Part shown: in pieces, positions 35,425-43,947 of the stretch
How the letters are laid out: every line of letters starts with the position of its first letter
Position numbering within the stretch: the stretch's first letter is position 1
NCBI GenBank assembly: GCA_043797205.1
Contig: JAZDQB010000014.1
Location: 1 to 59,217 of the forward strand
Source: Candidatus Woesearchaeota archaeon
GTDB lineage: Archaea; Nanobdellota; Nanobdellia; Woesearchaeales; GW2011-AR9
DNA: 59,217 bases
Reading direction: 5' to 3'
The notes under the pieces: model-generated
Databases searched by the model: none
Told to the model about the DNA's origin: nothing
Seen by the model: only the letters and a program-made list of their open reading frames with translations
Program-made: the position numbers and the translations under genes

Positions 35425-35919
35425 ATGAATCCAAATCTTGAACCTTTAGGTAAAATATATAGTACTTTATTTCCCTGCTTAGTGGAAAGAATGACCCAAC
35501 TGGGCGTTCCAGATGATCTTGCGGAAGAAGTAGCTGCCCAAACTTTTTATCAGGCGGTACTAAATCATCGTCATTTACCTAGCGAAGATAGACTTACTGC
35601 TTGGTTAACAACTATTTGCTATCATCAGTTAGATCACTCTTCTCGAGTAAGAGATGTGGAAGTAACGGGATTAAATCCAGATACTGTTGAAGCTCCGGAA
35701 GATAATCCAGAAATAAGAGTTTCTAGAAGAGAGGGAATTGAACAAGTATTGAGATTAGTGGATCCCACTCTTCCTCGGGATTGCGCTTTGGTCCTAGACC
35801 GTTTTATCTACGGTGGAAATTATCACGAAGTAGCTCCACAACTAGGAGCTAAACTAAAATCAGGTGTAGGAGAAAGATTAAGACTTTATCAAGAATTCAT
35901 TCGAGATGCATTAGGTTGA
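35425..35919 (+). CDS. ECF-type sigma-70 family-like protein
   Basis: The region-2-like segment is DDLAEEVAAQTFYQAVLN..LTAWLTTICYHQLDHSSR. The region-4-like segment is LPRDCALVLDRFIYGGNYHEVAPQLG..GERLRLYQEFIRDAL. Confidence 0.55.
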   Translation: MNPNLEPLGKIYSTLFPCLVERMTQLGVPDDLAEEVAAQTFYQAVLNHRHLPSEDRLTAWLTTICYHQLDHSSRVRDVEVTGLNPDTVEAPEDNPEIRVSRREGIEQVLRLVDPTLPRDCALVLDRFIYGGNYHEVAPQLGAKLKSGVGERLRLYQEFIRDALG

Positions 35920-35944
35920 TTTGGTAAAAGCAGTTGAATTATTA

Positions 35945-38233
35945 TTACTTCTTCCTTTTCTTCACTTCCTTTTTCAGCCATTCTTTGTATTCAAAGAAAA
36001 TCTTCTTAGAATCCAATTTGCCATACTTATCTTTAATGCGGTCAGAAATCATGTGCATGGAATCATTGGCTCTGATCACAAACTCTGCTTCTAATAGTTC
36101 GGGATTGTTTGTTTCGACAAAAGCGTCGACAATAGCCTGCTTGCAGTCGGCCCTTAACTGAATATTTTCCCACACCGCTTCCCAATCTCCGGCAAATTCT
36201 CTTACTTTACCGGCCATCCGTTTCAGGATTTCAGAATTGCCGTTGATGAAATCGTCCGTCAATTCTAACTGATCGGTTTTGGGATTGTACACCATCAGGT
36301 CTACAAAGGCCCCTTCTTTCAGGGGATCGTCATCCCATTCTTTTCTCACTTCGGTTATCCGTAGAACTCTTTTGTACTTCTTTAATCCCGAAGCGACCGG
36401 ATTAGCGATAACGATAATATCAATGGCTTTGAAAGAAGTTTTAGGCACCCCAATATCATTAACTACTCGATCATATACGCCGTACGGAGAATCAGCATGA
36501 ATGGTTCCGGCCACGACATTAGCGGCAGCACCGACGCGCATGGCTTCAAACAGAGCTACCGCTTCTTTACTTCTTACTTCACCAATGAACAGAGCCGAGT
36601 CTCCCAAACGTAAAGTTGAACGAATTCCGGTAGCGGCATCTACTTCTGAACCGGGGGCGGAAAGGGCTGAGGCTACTTTCATCGATTCGATATTATAACC
36701 CATATTCCGCAGTGCTTCGGCCGGAAGTTCAAAGGTGTCTTCGATCGTAATCATTCTTACTCGACGCATAATCTCCACTAAAACACTTCCCAACAAGCTG
36801 GATTTTCCGCTGCTTCTGGTTCCTGCAATCAAAATAGCAGCGTTATTGTCAATGATAAAACTCAACAATCCGGCGGCAATGGAATTCATCATCCTCACCT
36901 TAGGCTGCATGTATAAAGGGAAAGTCCAAGGAAAGTCGCGATGACGACGGAAAGAAAAAGCCATTCCTAGTGGAGAGAGCGGAGCAGTAATCGCCGCTAC
37001 TCTGGACGTAAATCCTTTTACTTTTAATTCTGTATCCAAAATCGGATTAGCTTCATCTAAAGGTCTGCCGGAAATCAATCTTAGTTTAGTAGCCCAGCTG
37101 TCTACTTCTTCCCGCGTGGGATAAACATTAGTATAACAATCACCATAATCTTGGTGAACAATAAAGATGGGCAGTTCTCCGTTAGGAGCATTAATATTTA
37201 CATCTTGTACTTTAGGATCGGCTAACAATAATTCAATCAATCCGAATCCAACGGTATAACGCAATAAGGCTCGAGCTAGTTCCTCAATCTCTTCTTCTTT
37301 TAATTTTAATTTTTTATGTTCTACTAAATCGGTAAGCAGGTCTTTGCCGATATTGAAGAATACTTCGCGCATGCGTTGCGGATCAACGAACTCTTCTCGA
37401 GTAGGCTTATGTTCGGCCATAATCCGTTTAGCATCGTCCAGCAATTCGTAAGCTTCTTCACTGAACTTGAATTCGGGTGGAGTGAGATGAAACATGGTTT
37501 TGACATTATCGTCAAAATCGAAAATGTTCACTTCGCACTCGTCACCACTATCTTTAAAACTATAACTTTCCACTAAATTTCCGTCCGGGAATTCGGTAAT
37601 GAGTTTAGTGTACATGAAATCCGGACGAGTAGTAGGATGGAAAACATTACTGTAAATCTGCCGTTCTCCCAGTTTGTATTCTTGTACATGCGGAAGAAGC
37701 ATCTTGATTATTTTTAGTTGTTCCAGCCTTTGAATAATCTCTAATAGTATTCCAATAAATTTATGTTGGGAAGTTAACTGTTTTTCGTCGAAAATCACTT
37801 CTAATTTCCCTTTCTCGCGGATTTCCATCCGTTTCAGTTCTACATAAGCAGCGAAAGGATCTTCTTTTAAACGCTTGTTAACAATGCGTTGAAATTGGGT
37901 GTAACTGTTGCGGACATAGCGTTCATGCTGGGGATCAACTACCACTTGCGAATACAAGTAACGATCTTCTTTGTTTAGAGCTTTGTATAAGGAAGCCAGT
38001 TCAATCAGCAATTGGGTTTGGGAGTAATCATATTCATATTCTCGCAACTGGGTGAGAATAATAGTAGTTACTCCACTTACTTGCATTAGAATATCCACTA
38101 TTTTTCCGAAGCAGAGGTCACTGTATTCGATGGAAGGGGGAAAATTGCACTTCTCAGTATAAATTTTAAGGATTTTATTATCTCCTTCATGTAAAGTCTC
38201 GTACTCAAAACAGTTCTTGCCTAGATCTACCAT
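35945..38233 (-). CDS. FlaI/VirB11/PilB-superfamily secretion or assembly ATPase with a long N-terminal extension (762 aa)
   Basis: Walker A AGTRSSGKSSLL, Walker B-like ALFIGEVRSKEA and His-box GTIHADSPYG are present. About 330 aa precede the core. Confidence 0.8.
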   Translation of the reverse strand: MVDLGKNCFEYETLHEGDNKILKIYTEKCNFPPSIEYSDLCFGKIVDILMQVSGVTTIILTQLREYEYDYSQTQLLIELASLYKALNKEDRYLYSQVVVDPQHERYVRNSYTQFQRIVNKRLKEDPFAAYVELKRMEIREKGKLEVIFDEKQLTSQHKFIGILLEIIQRLEQLKIIKMLLPHVQEYKLGERQIYSNVFHPTTRPDFMYTKLITEFPDGNLVESYSFKDSGDECEVNIFDFDDNVKTMFHLTPPEFKFSEEAYELLDDAKRIMAEHKPTREEFVDPQRMREVFFNIGKDLLTDLVEHKKLKLKEEEIEELARALLRYTVGFGLIELLLADPKVQDVNINAPNGELPIFIVHQDYGDCYTNVYPTREEVDSWATKLRLISGRPLDEANPILDTELKVKGFTSRVAAITAPLSPLGMAFSFRRHRDFPWTFPLYMQPKVRMMNSIAAGLLSFIIDNNAAILIAGTRSSGKSSLLGSVLVEIMRRVRMITIEDTFELPAEALRNMGYNIESMKVASALSAPGSEVDAATGIRSTLRLGDSALFIGEVRSKEAVALFEAMRVGAAANVVAGTIHADSPYGVYDRVVNDIGVPKTSFKAIDIIVIANPVASGLKKYKRVLRITEVRKEWDDDPLKEGAFVDLMVYNPKTDQLELTDDFINGNSEILKRMAGKVREFAGDWEAVWENIQLRADCKQAIVDAFVETNNPELLEAEFVIRANDSMHMISDRIKDKYGKLDSKKIFFEYKEWLKKEVKKRKK

Positions 38234-38393
38234 CTTTTTGTGAATAGATAACCTTGGAGAGTTTAAATAGGTTTCTCTACACTATCATACAATAAAAAAG
38301 GAATCGTTATTTTAAAAAGCTACCAATACTTCAAAATACTACTCTTGAATAATTACATAACTTTATTACCTCTTCTTTATTATTTAAAGAGAT

Positions 38394-38804
38394 ATGGCTA
38401 CTGCTACTCCTGCACCTGAACCTTCCGGCTATGATCCGGCTAAACTCTATATGTGGATAAAATCATTAGAGAGTAAAGTCAATAATCTGATTCGGGAGAT
38501 GGATCTGCTCAAAAATAGCAGCGTGAAGAAGGCCGAGGAGATGAAAAGAGAGTTGAAGATGATGAATGAAGAACTCTTAGCCATCAAAAGTGAGCAGCAG
38601 AAGACCAGCGAGAAGATGGATTTGATCATCAAAGAACTGAAGCAGACGGCGGGAATAGAAGAGGTAATGGTATTGAAGAAGTATGTGGATTTGTGGAATC
38701 CGATGAATTTTGTCACTCAACGTGATTTAGACCGAGCTTTAAACGCTAAATTGACCATCTTAAAAGAAGTGGCGAATAAACAAACTGCTGTGGCGCCCAA
38801 ATAG
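38394..38804 (+). CDS. coiled-coil protein, hypothetical
   Basis: 136 aa K/E-rich heptad-like sequence, divergent from the ATPase gene. Confidence 0.45.
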   Translation: MATATPAPEPSGYDPAKLYMWIKSLESKVNNLIREMDLLKNSSVKKAEEMKRELKMMNEELLAIKSEQQKTSEKMDLIIKELKQTAGIEEVMVLKKYVDLWNPMNFVTQRDLDRALNAKLTILKEVANKQTAVAPK

Positions 38805-38856
38805 TTTAAATAATCCAAAAAACTACTAACTAAATAATTCAAAAAAGGTGATACTT

Positions 38857-39459
38857 ATGCCCGTAAATAAACTTCCAACTAATGATGTGTTACAATTGCG
38901 TAATCAGGGTTTAACTGATAATTTAATCGCAGAAGAATTGCGCAAACGCGGCCATAATCCGCAGCAAATAACTATGGCCCTTTCTGAAGCAGACTCTTCC
39001 GGAGATATGTCGAGCTCTTTTCCTTCTGGACCAAGCAGTTTTCCTTCCGGTTATGGGGCTCAACCGTCCGCCTTCGGACAACCTTCAGGATTTGGTCCGC
39101 AACCTGCAGCTGCTTCTAATTCTCCTGACGATGCCTTCTTCGAACGCATAGAAGAAACGGTAGAAAATATGATTGACGAGAAATGGGATGAATTGTTAGG
39201 AGAAGTAAAAAAGATAGTGGAATGGAAAGAAAAAGTGGAAGGAAACCTTTCTAAACTACAAGGAGACGTCGATAAGTTGAAAGAGGATTTCAAATTCTTA
39301 CATCAAGGTGTTTTGGGCAAGTTGGACGATTATGACCGCAAGATGACTGATGTGGATACTGAGTTAAAGGCAGTAAGCAAGGTGTTTAAGGATGTGGTGC
39401 CGGAATTTGTAGAGAATGTGAAACAGTTGGGCAGTATCACGCAGGGATTGAAGAAATAA
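38857..39459 (+). CDS. hypothetical protein with a small N-terminal helical module, a P/S/G-rich linker and a coiled-coil C-terminus
   Basis: The start was moved to the ATG at 38857, which is 5 nt after the AGGTGAT Shine-Dalgarno site. The track start at 38848 is a GTG inside the SD. Confidence 0.5.
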   Translation: MPVNKLPTNDVLQLRNQGLTDNLIAEELRKRGHNPQQITMALSEADSSGDMSSSFPSGPSSFPSGYGAQPSAFGQPSGFGPQPAAASNSPDDAFFERIEETVENMIDEKWDELLGEVKKIVEWKEKVEGNLSKLQGDVDKLKEDFKFLHQGVLGKLDDYDRKMTDVDTELKAVSKVFKDVVPEFVENVKQLGSITQGLKK

Positions 39460-39485
39460 ATGTTTCTAAATATTTTTAGTATTTC

Positions 39486-39611
39486 TTTTTAGCCGTCTGG
39501 GCCGCTCGCTCGACCTATCCTCGTTACTTAAGTATAGAATGGATGAGGACTTAATTTATCATTAAAATTAGCAACCTCTCGCTCGCATATTGGCCTAGAC
39601 TCGGCTAAAAA
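39486..39611. repeat. long imperfect hairpin element (126 nt) with TTTAGC...GCTAAA termini
   Basis: TTTTTAGCCG (39486-95) pairs with CGGCTAAAAA (39602-11). This is followed by TCTGGGCC/GGCCTAGA with a 2-nt bulge. It lies between convergent genes. Confidence 0.55.
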
Positions 39612-39613
39612 CC

Positions 39614-40207
39614 TTATCCCTTCGTCAACAGTGCAATGGCAAAAATCATCACGGCAAATAATACTACCATTCCTAATACCTTAGGATGAGTAGCAATGGC
39701 GTAAATGTTTGATTGAAAATTAGGGGTGGCAGTGGACGTTCCGGTCGATAGTTCTCCGGCAGCGTTAGCCGGAAGGCTTCCATTATTAATTACCGTAGTT
39801 CCGTCAGAGAAAGAAGCTTCCGTCAATTGCTGGCCCATGACATTGCCTACCGCTGCACCGAAAATTAATAAACATACTCCAATCATCACCCACAAAAAGG
39901 TTTTGTTCTTTATCACTGAAGCGATGTCGGTGTCTTTTGCTCCAAAAGTCATGAAAGCTAACATCAGCAGCACGATAAAGATAATCAACAGGGCAAACCA
40001 AGGTACCATAAAATTAACGATAGCAACCAATGTCGGCGAAAGTAGCGTCATTAAAGCAATCACTACCGAAATAATTCCGTTGATGCCCATCGATTGTCCG
40101 ATAACCTTCGTTTTTTGTAATAAAGCAAAAACAATGGCCCATACAATTAGAACCGGATAAATATTACTAAAGTAGTTCACTAACCCCAAATCTAAAACCG
40201 TAGCCAT
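39614..40207 (-). CDS. multi-pass membrane protein, paralog 1 of 3
   Basis: It shares an N-terminal block with its neighbours (PVLIVWAIVFALLQKTKVIG). Confidence 0.55.
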   Translation of the reverse strand: MATVLDLGLVNYFSNIYPVLIVWAIVFALLQKTKVIGQSMGINGIISVVIALMTLLSPTLVAIVNFMVPWFALLIIFIVLLMLAFMTFGAKDTDIASVIKNKTFLWVMIGVCLLIFGAAVGNVMGQQLTEASFSDGTTVINNGSLPANAAGELSTGTSTATPNFQSNIYAIATHPKVLGMVVLFAVMIFAIALLTKG

Positions 40208-40230
40208 TTTATTTATTCAACTTTCTGATC

Positions 40231-40809
40231 CTATTTTCTTTCGAACATATTGGCGATACCCTTGCCAATATTGCCGATGGTATCTGTAACTTTCTTATCG
40301 GTAGGCTCTTTAGTAATAAACCAGACTACTAGCCCAAAGATTAACAGGATGATAACCAATTCTGTAGTTTGATCTGTCCACCAGTTAAAAACCATGGAAG
40401 GAGAATCCCAAAAATGCAAGGATGCACCAAAGATGTAAAACACAAAACCAATGGCGATAATGGCTATGATTGGAGCTGCTGCCTGAGAAAAGTTAGTTCC
40501 GAAAATACCCATCAATAATAAGAGCATAATCGCGGCGATGGAAACTAAGGAAATGCTCGGAAGGGATTCGTTCATAACCTGTACCGGATCGTAACCCAGG
40601 GGATATGAACCCATAATATGGGGTATTACAAAGAGCAGACCCATGATTAAAGCGATAATTACATTAAAATTCTTTCTTCCTTCACCGACAATCTTCGTTT
40701 TTTGCAGTACGGCGTACACGATAGTAAATACCAGTAAAAACGGTAACAGGAAATCCATTACTCCCCAGGTTTGTAAATAACTTGCGAGATTGGAAAAATC
40801 GATTGCCAT
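40231..40809 (-). CDS. multi-pass membrane protein, paralog 2 of 3
   Basis: Shared block LLPFLLVFTIVYAVLQKTKIVG. Confidence 0.55.
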   Translation of the reverse strand: MAIDFSNLASYLQTWGVMDFLLPFLLVFTIVYAVLQKTKIVGEGRKNFNVIIALIMGLLFVIPHIMGSYPLGYDPVQVMNESLPSISLVSIAAIMLLLLMGIFGTNFSQAAAPIIAIIAIGFVFYIFGASLHFWDSPSMVFNWWTDQTTELVIILLIFGLVVWFITKEPTDKKVTDTIGNIGKGIANMFERK

Positions 40810-40870
40810 ATTTATTGACCTCCTTTTTAGATAGTTATCTTGTTGGGATTTATTAAGCTTTGTTTATTTT

Positions 40871-41440
40871 TTACTTTTTTTCTTCTTTTTTAGGATGTGG
40901 TTCTCTGACAATGTAAAACATAAATCCGAAAATGACGATCAGGAAGATGATGGCGGCAGCCCAAGTTTCGTTCCAATAAACAAAAATGGACAGGACAATA
41001 TCTAGCACAGTATTTTCTCCGATAGTAATGGCGTTCATGAAAATAATCACAATACCCAGGAACATCAAGACCATAAAGAATTTCATCCATCCGGGATAGT
41101 CTTTAAGAGTAAACTCTTTATCTCCCATAAATACTCCTACTAACATCAAGAAGCACACGGCCAGAATAATCAATAAAACCACGTTGGCCATAACTTGATT
41201 AATCGTGGCTACTAGTTGAGTAGAAGCTATGACTAGGAAGGCTATTACAAAAGCGACAATGGAATTAAGGTTTTTCTTAGTGTACTCTTTCCCGTCAATT
41301 TTTTCTAAACCGAGAACTTTAGTTTTTTCTAAAATAGCAAAGACAATGGTAAAGACCAGGATAAAAGGCAGGATAATATCGTATACTCCCATCTTATCTA
41401 AGAAACCTATCACTCCTCTAAACAAGCTTTCTTCTGCCAT
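40871..41440 (-). CDS. multi-pass membrane protein, paralog 3 of 3
   Basis: Shared block ILPFILVFTIVFAILEKTKVLG. Confidence 0.55.
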   Translation of the reverse strand: MAEESLFRGVIGFLDKMGVYDIILPFILVFTIVFAILEKTKVLGLEKIDGKEYTKKNLNSIVAFVIAFLVIASTQLVATINQVMANVVLLIILAVCFLMLVGVFMGDKEFTLKDYPGWMKFFMVLMFLGIVIIFMNAITIGENTVLDIVLSIFVYWNETWAAAIIFLIVIFGFMFYIVREPHPKKEEKK

Positions 41441-41552
41441 TAATTTTCCTCTTTTATAAGGGGTAATTAAAAGAGAGGAGTATATAAATGTTTCTTTAAT
41501 CTGACGGGGTATTTTTTAGATTGTTTCTACCCATAGTTATTTCTCCAAAATA

Positions 41553-41684
41553 GGCGGTTATGAAACCCTCTCGCACCGACCCGTTCCAACGTATACTAAA
41601 GTTTTGAGGTGAACGGGAAGCTAGTTGTCTCACGAATAACTTCCGTTCGGTGCTGGCCACATTGGCGAGGGTTTCATATTAGCC
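41553..41684. repeat. long imperfect hairpin element (132 nt)
   Basis: ATGAAACCCTC-T-CGC (41560-74) pairs with GCGAGGGTTTCAT (41665-77). The interior has three mutually complementary CCGTTC/GAACGG-type segments. Confidence 0.55.
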
Positions 41685-41772
41685 CCAAAATCGAAGACTT
41701 TAAATAGTAGTTAGAAGTTTACTCTCTTAAGAATAATAGTCTACAATTTACGATAATAATCAAAAAATAGAG

Positions 41773-43215
41773 GTGGAGAAAGTGAGGAAATCTTTTTTAT
41801 GGGCATCTTTAACGATATTTTTACTGCTAATGGTGGGAGTTTGCGCAGAAATGGTTTTGACTCCGGTAGCTAATCAAATCACTCCTCGAGATAAGGCTTA
41901 TTTTAATTTAAAGATAACTAATAATAATGAACTGGAACAGAAATATCAGATTTTCTCTTTAGAATCGCAATGGAACGTCGAACCATTTCCTTTAAAAGAT
42001 AAAGTAGTCATTCTTAAACCGGGAGAAAGTTACACGGTCCAAATGGTAGCTAGCCTGCTTAAGGTTCTTCAACCGGGAATTTATTATATTTCTATTTCAG
42101 TAGACGGAGATCGCGGAGAGACGTTTGAAGAGAAGATGAAAATTTATTTAAGTTCAGCCCAACCGGCCAGTTATGCTCCTTTAATCAAACCGATCATTAC
42201 TATACCGGAAAAAATTAATCCTCAAGAGCCGGTATCAATTAAATTTTCTTTAGAAAATAAAAATGCTTTGAATTTAAGTAACCTAATTATTAAAGTGGAA
42301 AGTGAAGAAGTTCCGGAATTTAATAAGGTAATCGCGGTGGCTTTAGAACCGTTAGGAAGAAAAGAAGCAGAAATAACTTTAATCCCTAATAAATATCAAC
42401 AGCCCAAAGCTTATACTTTGAAATTTATTTTTGAACGGTATGGGGAAGCTTTCAAGACGGTAGAACAGCAAACGGAAATAATGACTATGATTCCTGCTTT
42501 TACGGTGATGGAAGTGGAAAGCAATCCTATCTTTTTGAAATATTTCCGCCGTTTCGCGGTCAAGAACGAAGGTAATGTGCAGAATACTCAAGAAGTAAAA
42601 TATCCTACTACTTTTTTTGAAGGTTTATTGACACAAGGAGATCCAGAAATTAAAAAAGAAGAAGGTCAACGCTACTTAACCTGGTCTTCCACTTTAGGTC
42701 CAGGAGAAAGCACTTTTGTTTATTCTGTTACTAACTATAGAATATTATTCTATTTGGGACTGTTTTTGGTAGCGATATTGGTGTTTTACCTTTATGTGCG
42801 TACTCCGTTAACCGTGAAAAAAACGGCCGTTTCTAGTAAAAAAGATGCGGAAGGAGCTTTATCGGAAGTAAAAGTGATGATTGAAGTTAAAAATCATTCT
42901 AGACATCCGGTGAAGGAAGTTCAGGTGTTGGACTTAATCCCGGCTTATGCTACTTTACATAAAATCGCCGAAAAAGAAGGAGGGGTGGAATCAGCTCACC
43001 CCCATAAAATCAGTCATGTGCGGGAAGGAACCAAGTTAAGCTGGGTTTTGAACGATCTGGAAGCTAAAGAACAGCGAGTGATGGTGTACCGACTGAAAGC
43101 TAAACTAAACATTTTAGGCGGATTAAGCTTGCCCCGAGCGGCAGCAGAGTTCGCTCGCCATAAAGGCCGGAAAGGTAAAGCTTATTCTGGAGTATTCCAC
43201 TTGGGAGAAAAGTAA
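41773..43215 (+). CDS. secreted or membrane protein with repeated beta-sandwich (NEW3/CARDB-like, COG1470-type) domains and a TM helix
   Basis: It has a signal peptide, repeated segments of the 'KITNNN..Y.I' type, and the internal TM ILFYLGLFLVAILVFYLYV. The start codon is uncertain (GTG at 41773 or 41782). Confidence 0.5.
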   Translation: MEKVRKSFLWASLTIFLLLMVGVCAEMVLTPVANQITPRDKAYFNLKITNNNELEQKYQIFSLESQWNVEPFPLKDKVVILKPGESYTVQMVASLLKVLQPGIYYISISVDGDRGETFEEKMKIYLSSAQPASYAPLIKPIITIPEKINPQEPVSIKFSLENKNALNLSNLIIKVESEEVPEFNKVIAVALEPLGRKEAEITLIPNKYQQPKAYTLKFIFERYGEAFKTVEQQTEIMTMIPAFTVMEVESNPIFLKYFRRFAVKNEGNVQNTQEVKYPTTFFEGLLTQGDPEIKKEEGQRYLTWSSTLGPGESTFVYSVTNYRILFYLGLFLVAILVFYLYVRTPLTVKKTAVSSKKDAEGALSEVKVMIEVKNHSRHPVKEVQVLDLIPAYATLHKIAEKEGGVESAHPHKISHVREGTKLSWVLNDLEAKEQRVMVYRLKAKLNILGGLSLPRAAAEFARHKGRKGKAYSGVFHLGEK

Positions 43216-43339
43216 GTTCATTTAGCTTCATCAGGTCGAAACGCCAGCCGGAAAATAGCGAGCCCGTCGCGGGGGATGACCCCTACGGGAAGCAGGGTAA
43301 TCTGATTAATATCTAGCGTTTCGAAGAAGCTAAATAAAC
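43216..43339 (+). repeat. R-element copy 3 (plus orientation)
   Basis: The outer helix is ATTTAGCTTC (43220-29)/GAAGCTAAAT (43326-35), the bulge is ATCAGG, and the inner helix is TCGAAACGC/GCGTTTCGA. The core is GGGGGATGACCCCTACGGGAAGCAGGG. The element begins directly after the stop codon of the upstream ORF. Confidence 0.7.
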
Positions 43340-43468
43340 TCCGGCGAATCAAACAATATATATCCTCCGTAAAGGATAGACTAGAGAATGAAAACCTTTA
43401 TATAGAAGCACTAGTCTTAACAAACTACAAAATTAAGATAACAATCAAAGAATAAAGAGGGAGAGAAA

Positions 43469-43861
43469 ATGAAAGACTTTTTTTTAAGCTTAAGGGAAAA
43501 ATTTTCGAAATCTTCTGGTGAAAGAGGAACGGATGCGGAATCTTATCCGGAAGTGGGAGATGCAGCACGGGAAGACAAGTCTAGAGTGTTAGTACGACCG
43601 TTCGTGATGGAAGAGTTTGAAGACATTAAAGAAATTTTGGATGTTCTAAGAGAAGGTTCCACTATCGCTTTAATCAACATCAGGCCGTTGAAAGAAAAAG
43701 ATTTGATCGAACTGAAAAGAGCTATCGGCAAATTAAGAAAAACTTGTGAAGCTATCGACGGAGATATTGCTGGATTCGGAGAAGATTATGTGGTTGCGGT
43801 TCCCCAGTTCGCTAAGATTCATCGGGCTAGAGCAAACTTTGCTACTGCTGATACCGATTAA
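43469..43861 (+). CDS. sepF: cell division protein SepF
   Basis: VLVRPFVMEEFEDIKEILDVLREGSTIALINIRPL..DGDIAGFGEDYVVAVP is the typical DUF552/SepF core. Confidence 0.75.
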   Translation: MKDFFLSLREKFSKSSGERGTDAESYPEVGDAAREDKSRVLVRPFVMEEFEDIKEILDVLREGSTIALINIRPLKEKDLIELKRAIGKLRKTCEAIDGDIAGFGEDYVVAVPQFAKIHRARANFATADTD

Positions 43862-43947
43862 GTTTTTTAATTATTATTTTATTTGTTATTGTTTTTTAGG
43901 TTTTCCTTTAAGCAAAATTTTTAAGTAGGCTTTGTGTTTTAGTTCCT

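Noticed and set aside
35934-36161. The 75-aa plus-strand ORF (MNYYYFFLFFTSFF...) downstream of the sigma-like gene.
   Set aside because: It lies antisense to the 3' end of the ATPase gene and its composition simply mirrors the K-rich ATPase C-terminus.
38848-38856. The track starts at GTG 38848 and GTG 56504.
   Set aside because: In both cases the GTG lies inside a GGTGAT Shine-Dalgarno-like sequence, and an ATG follows at the canonical spacing (38857 and 56513). I used the ATG starts.
39726-40160. The 144-aa plus-strand ORF, and similar track ORFs at 18688-19113, 21981-22259, 22554-22967, 2480-2809, 51609-51971, 56470-56844, 13340-13769, 36279-36944 and 52093-52377.
   Set aside because: All lie antisense to, or out of frame within, much longer ORFs that carry clear motifs or membrane/secreted-protein character. 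Their translations are low-complexity shadows, so I treated them as non-coding.
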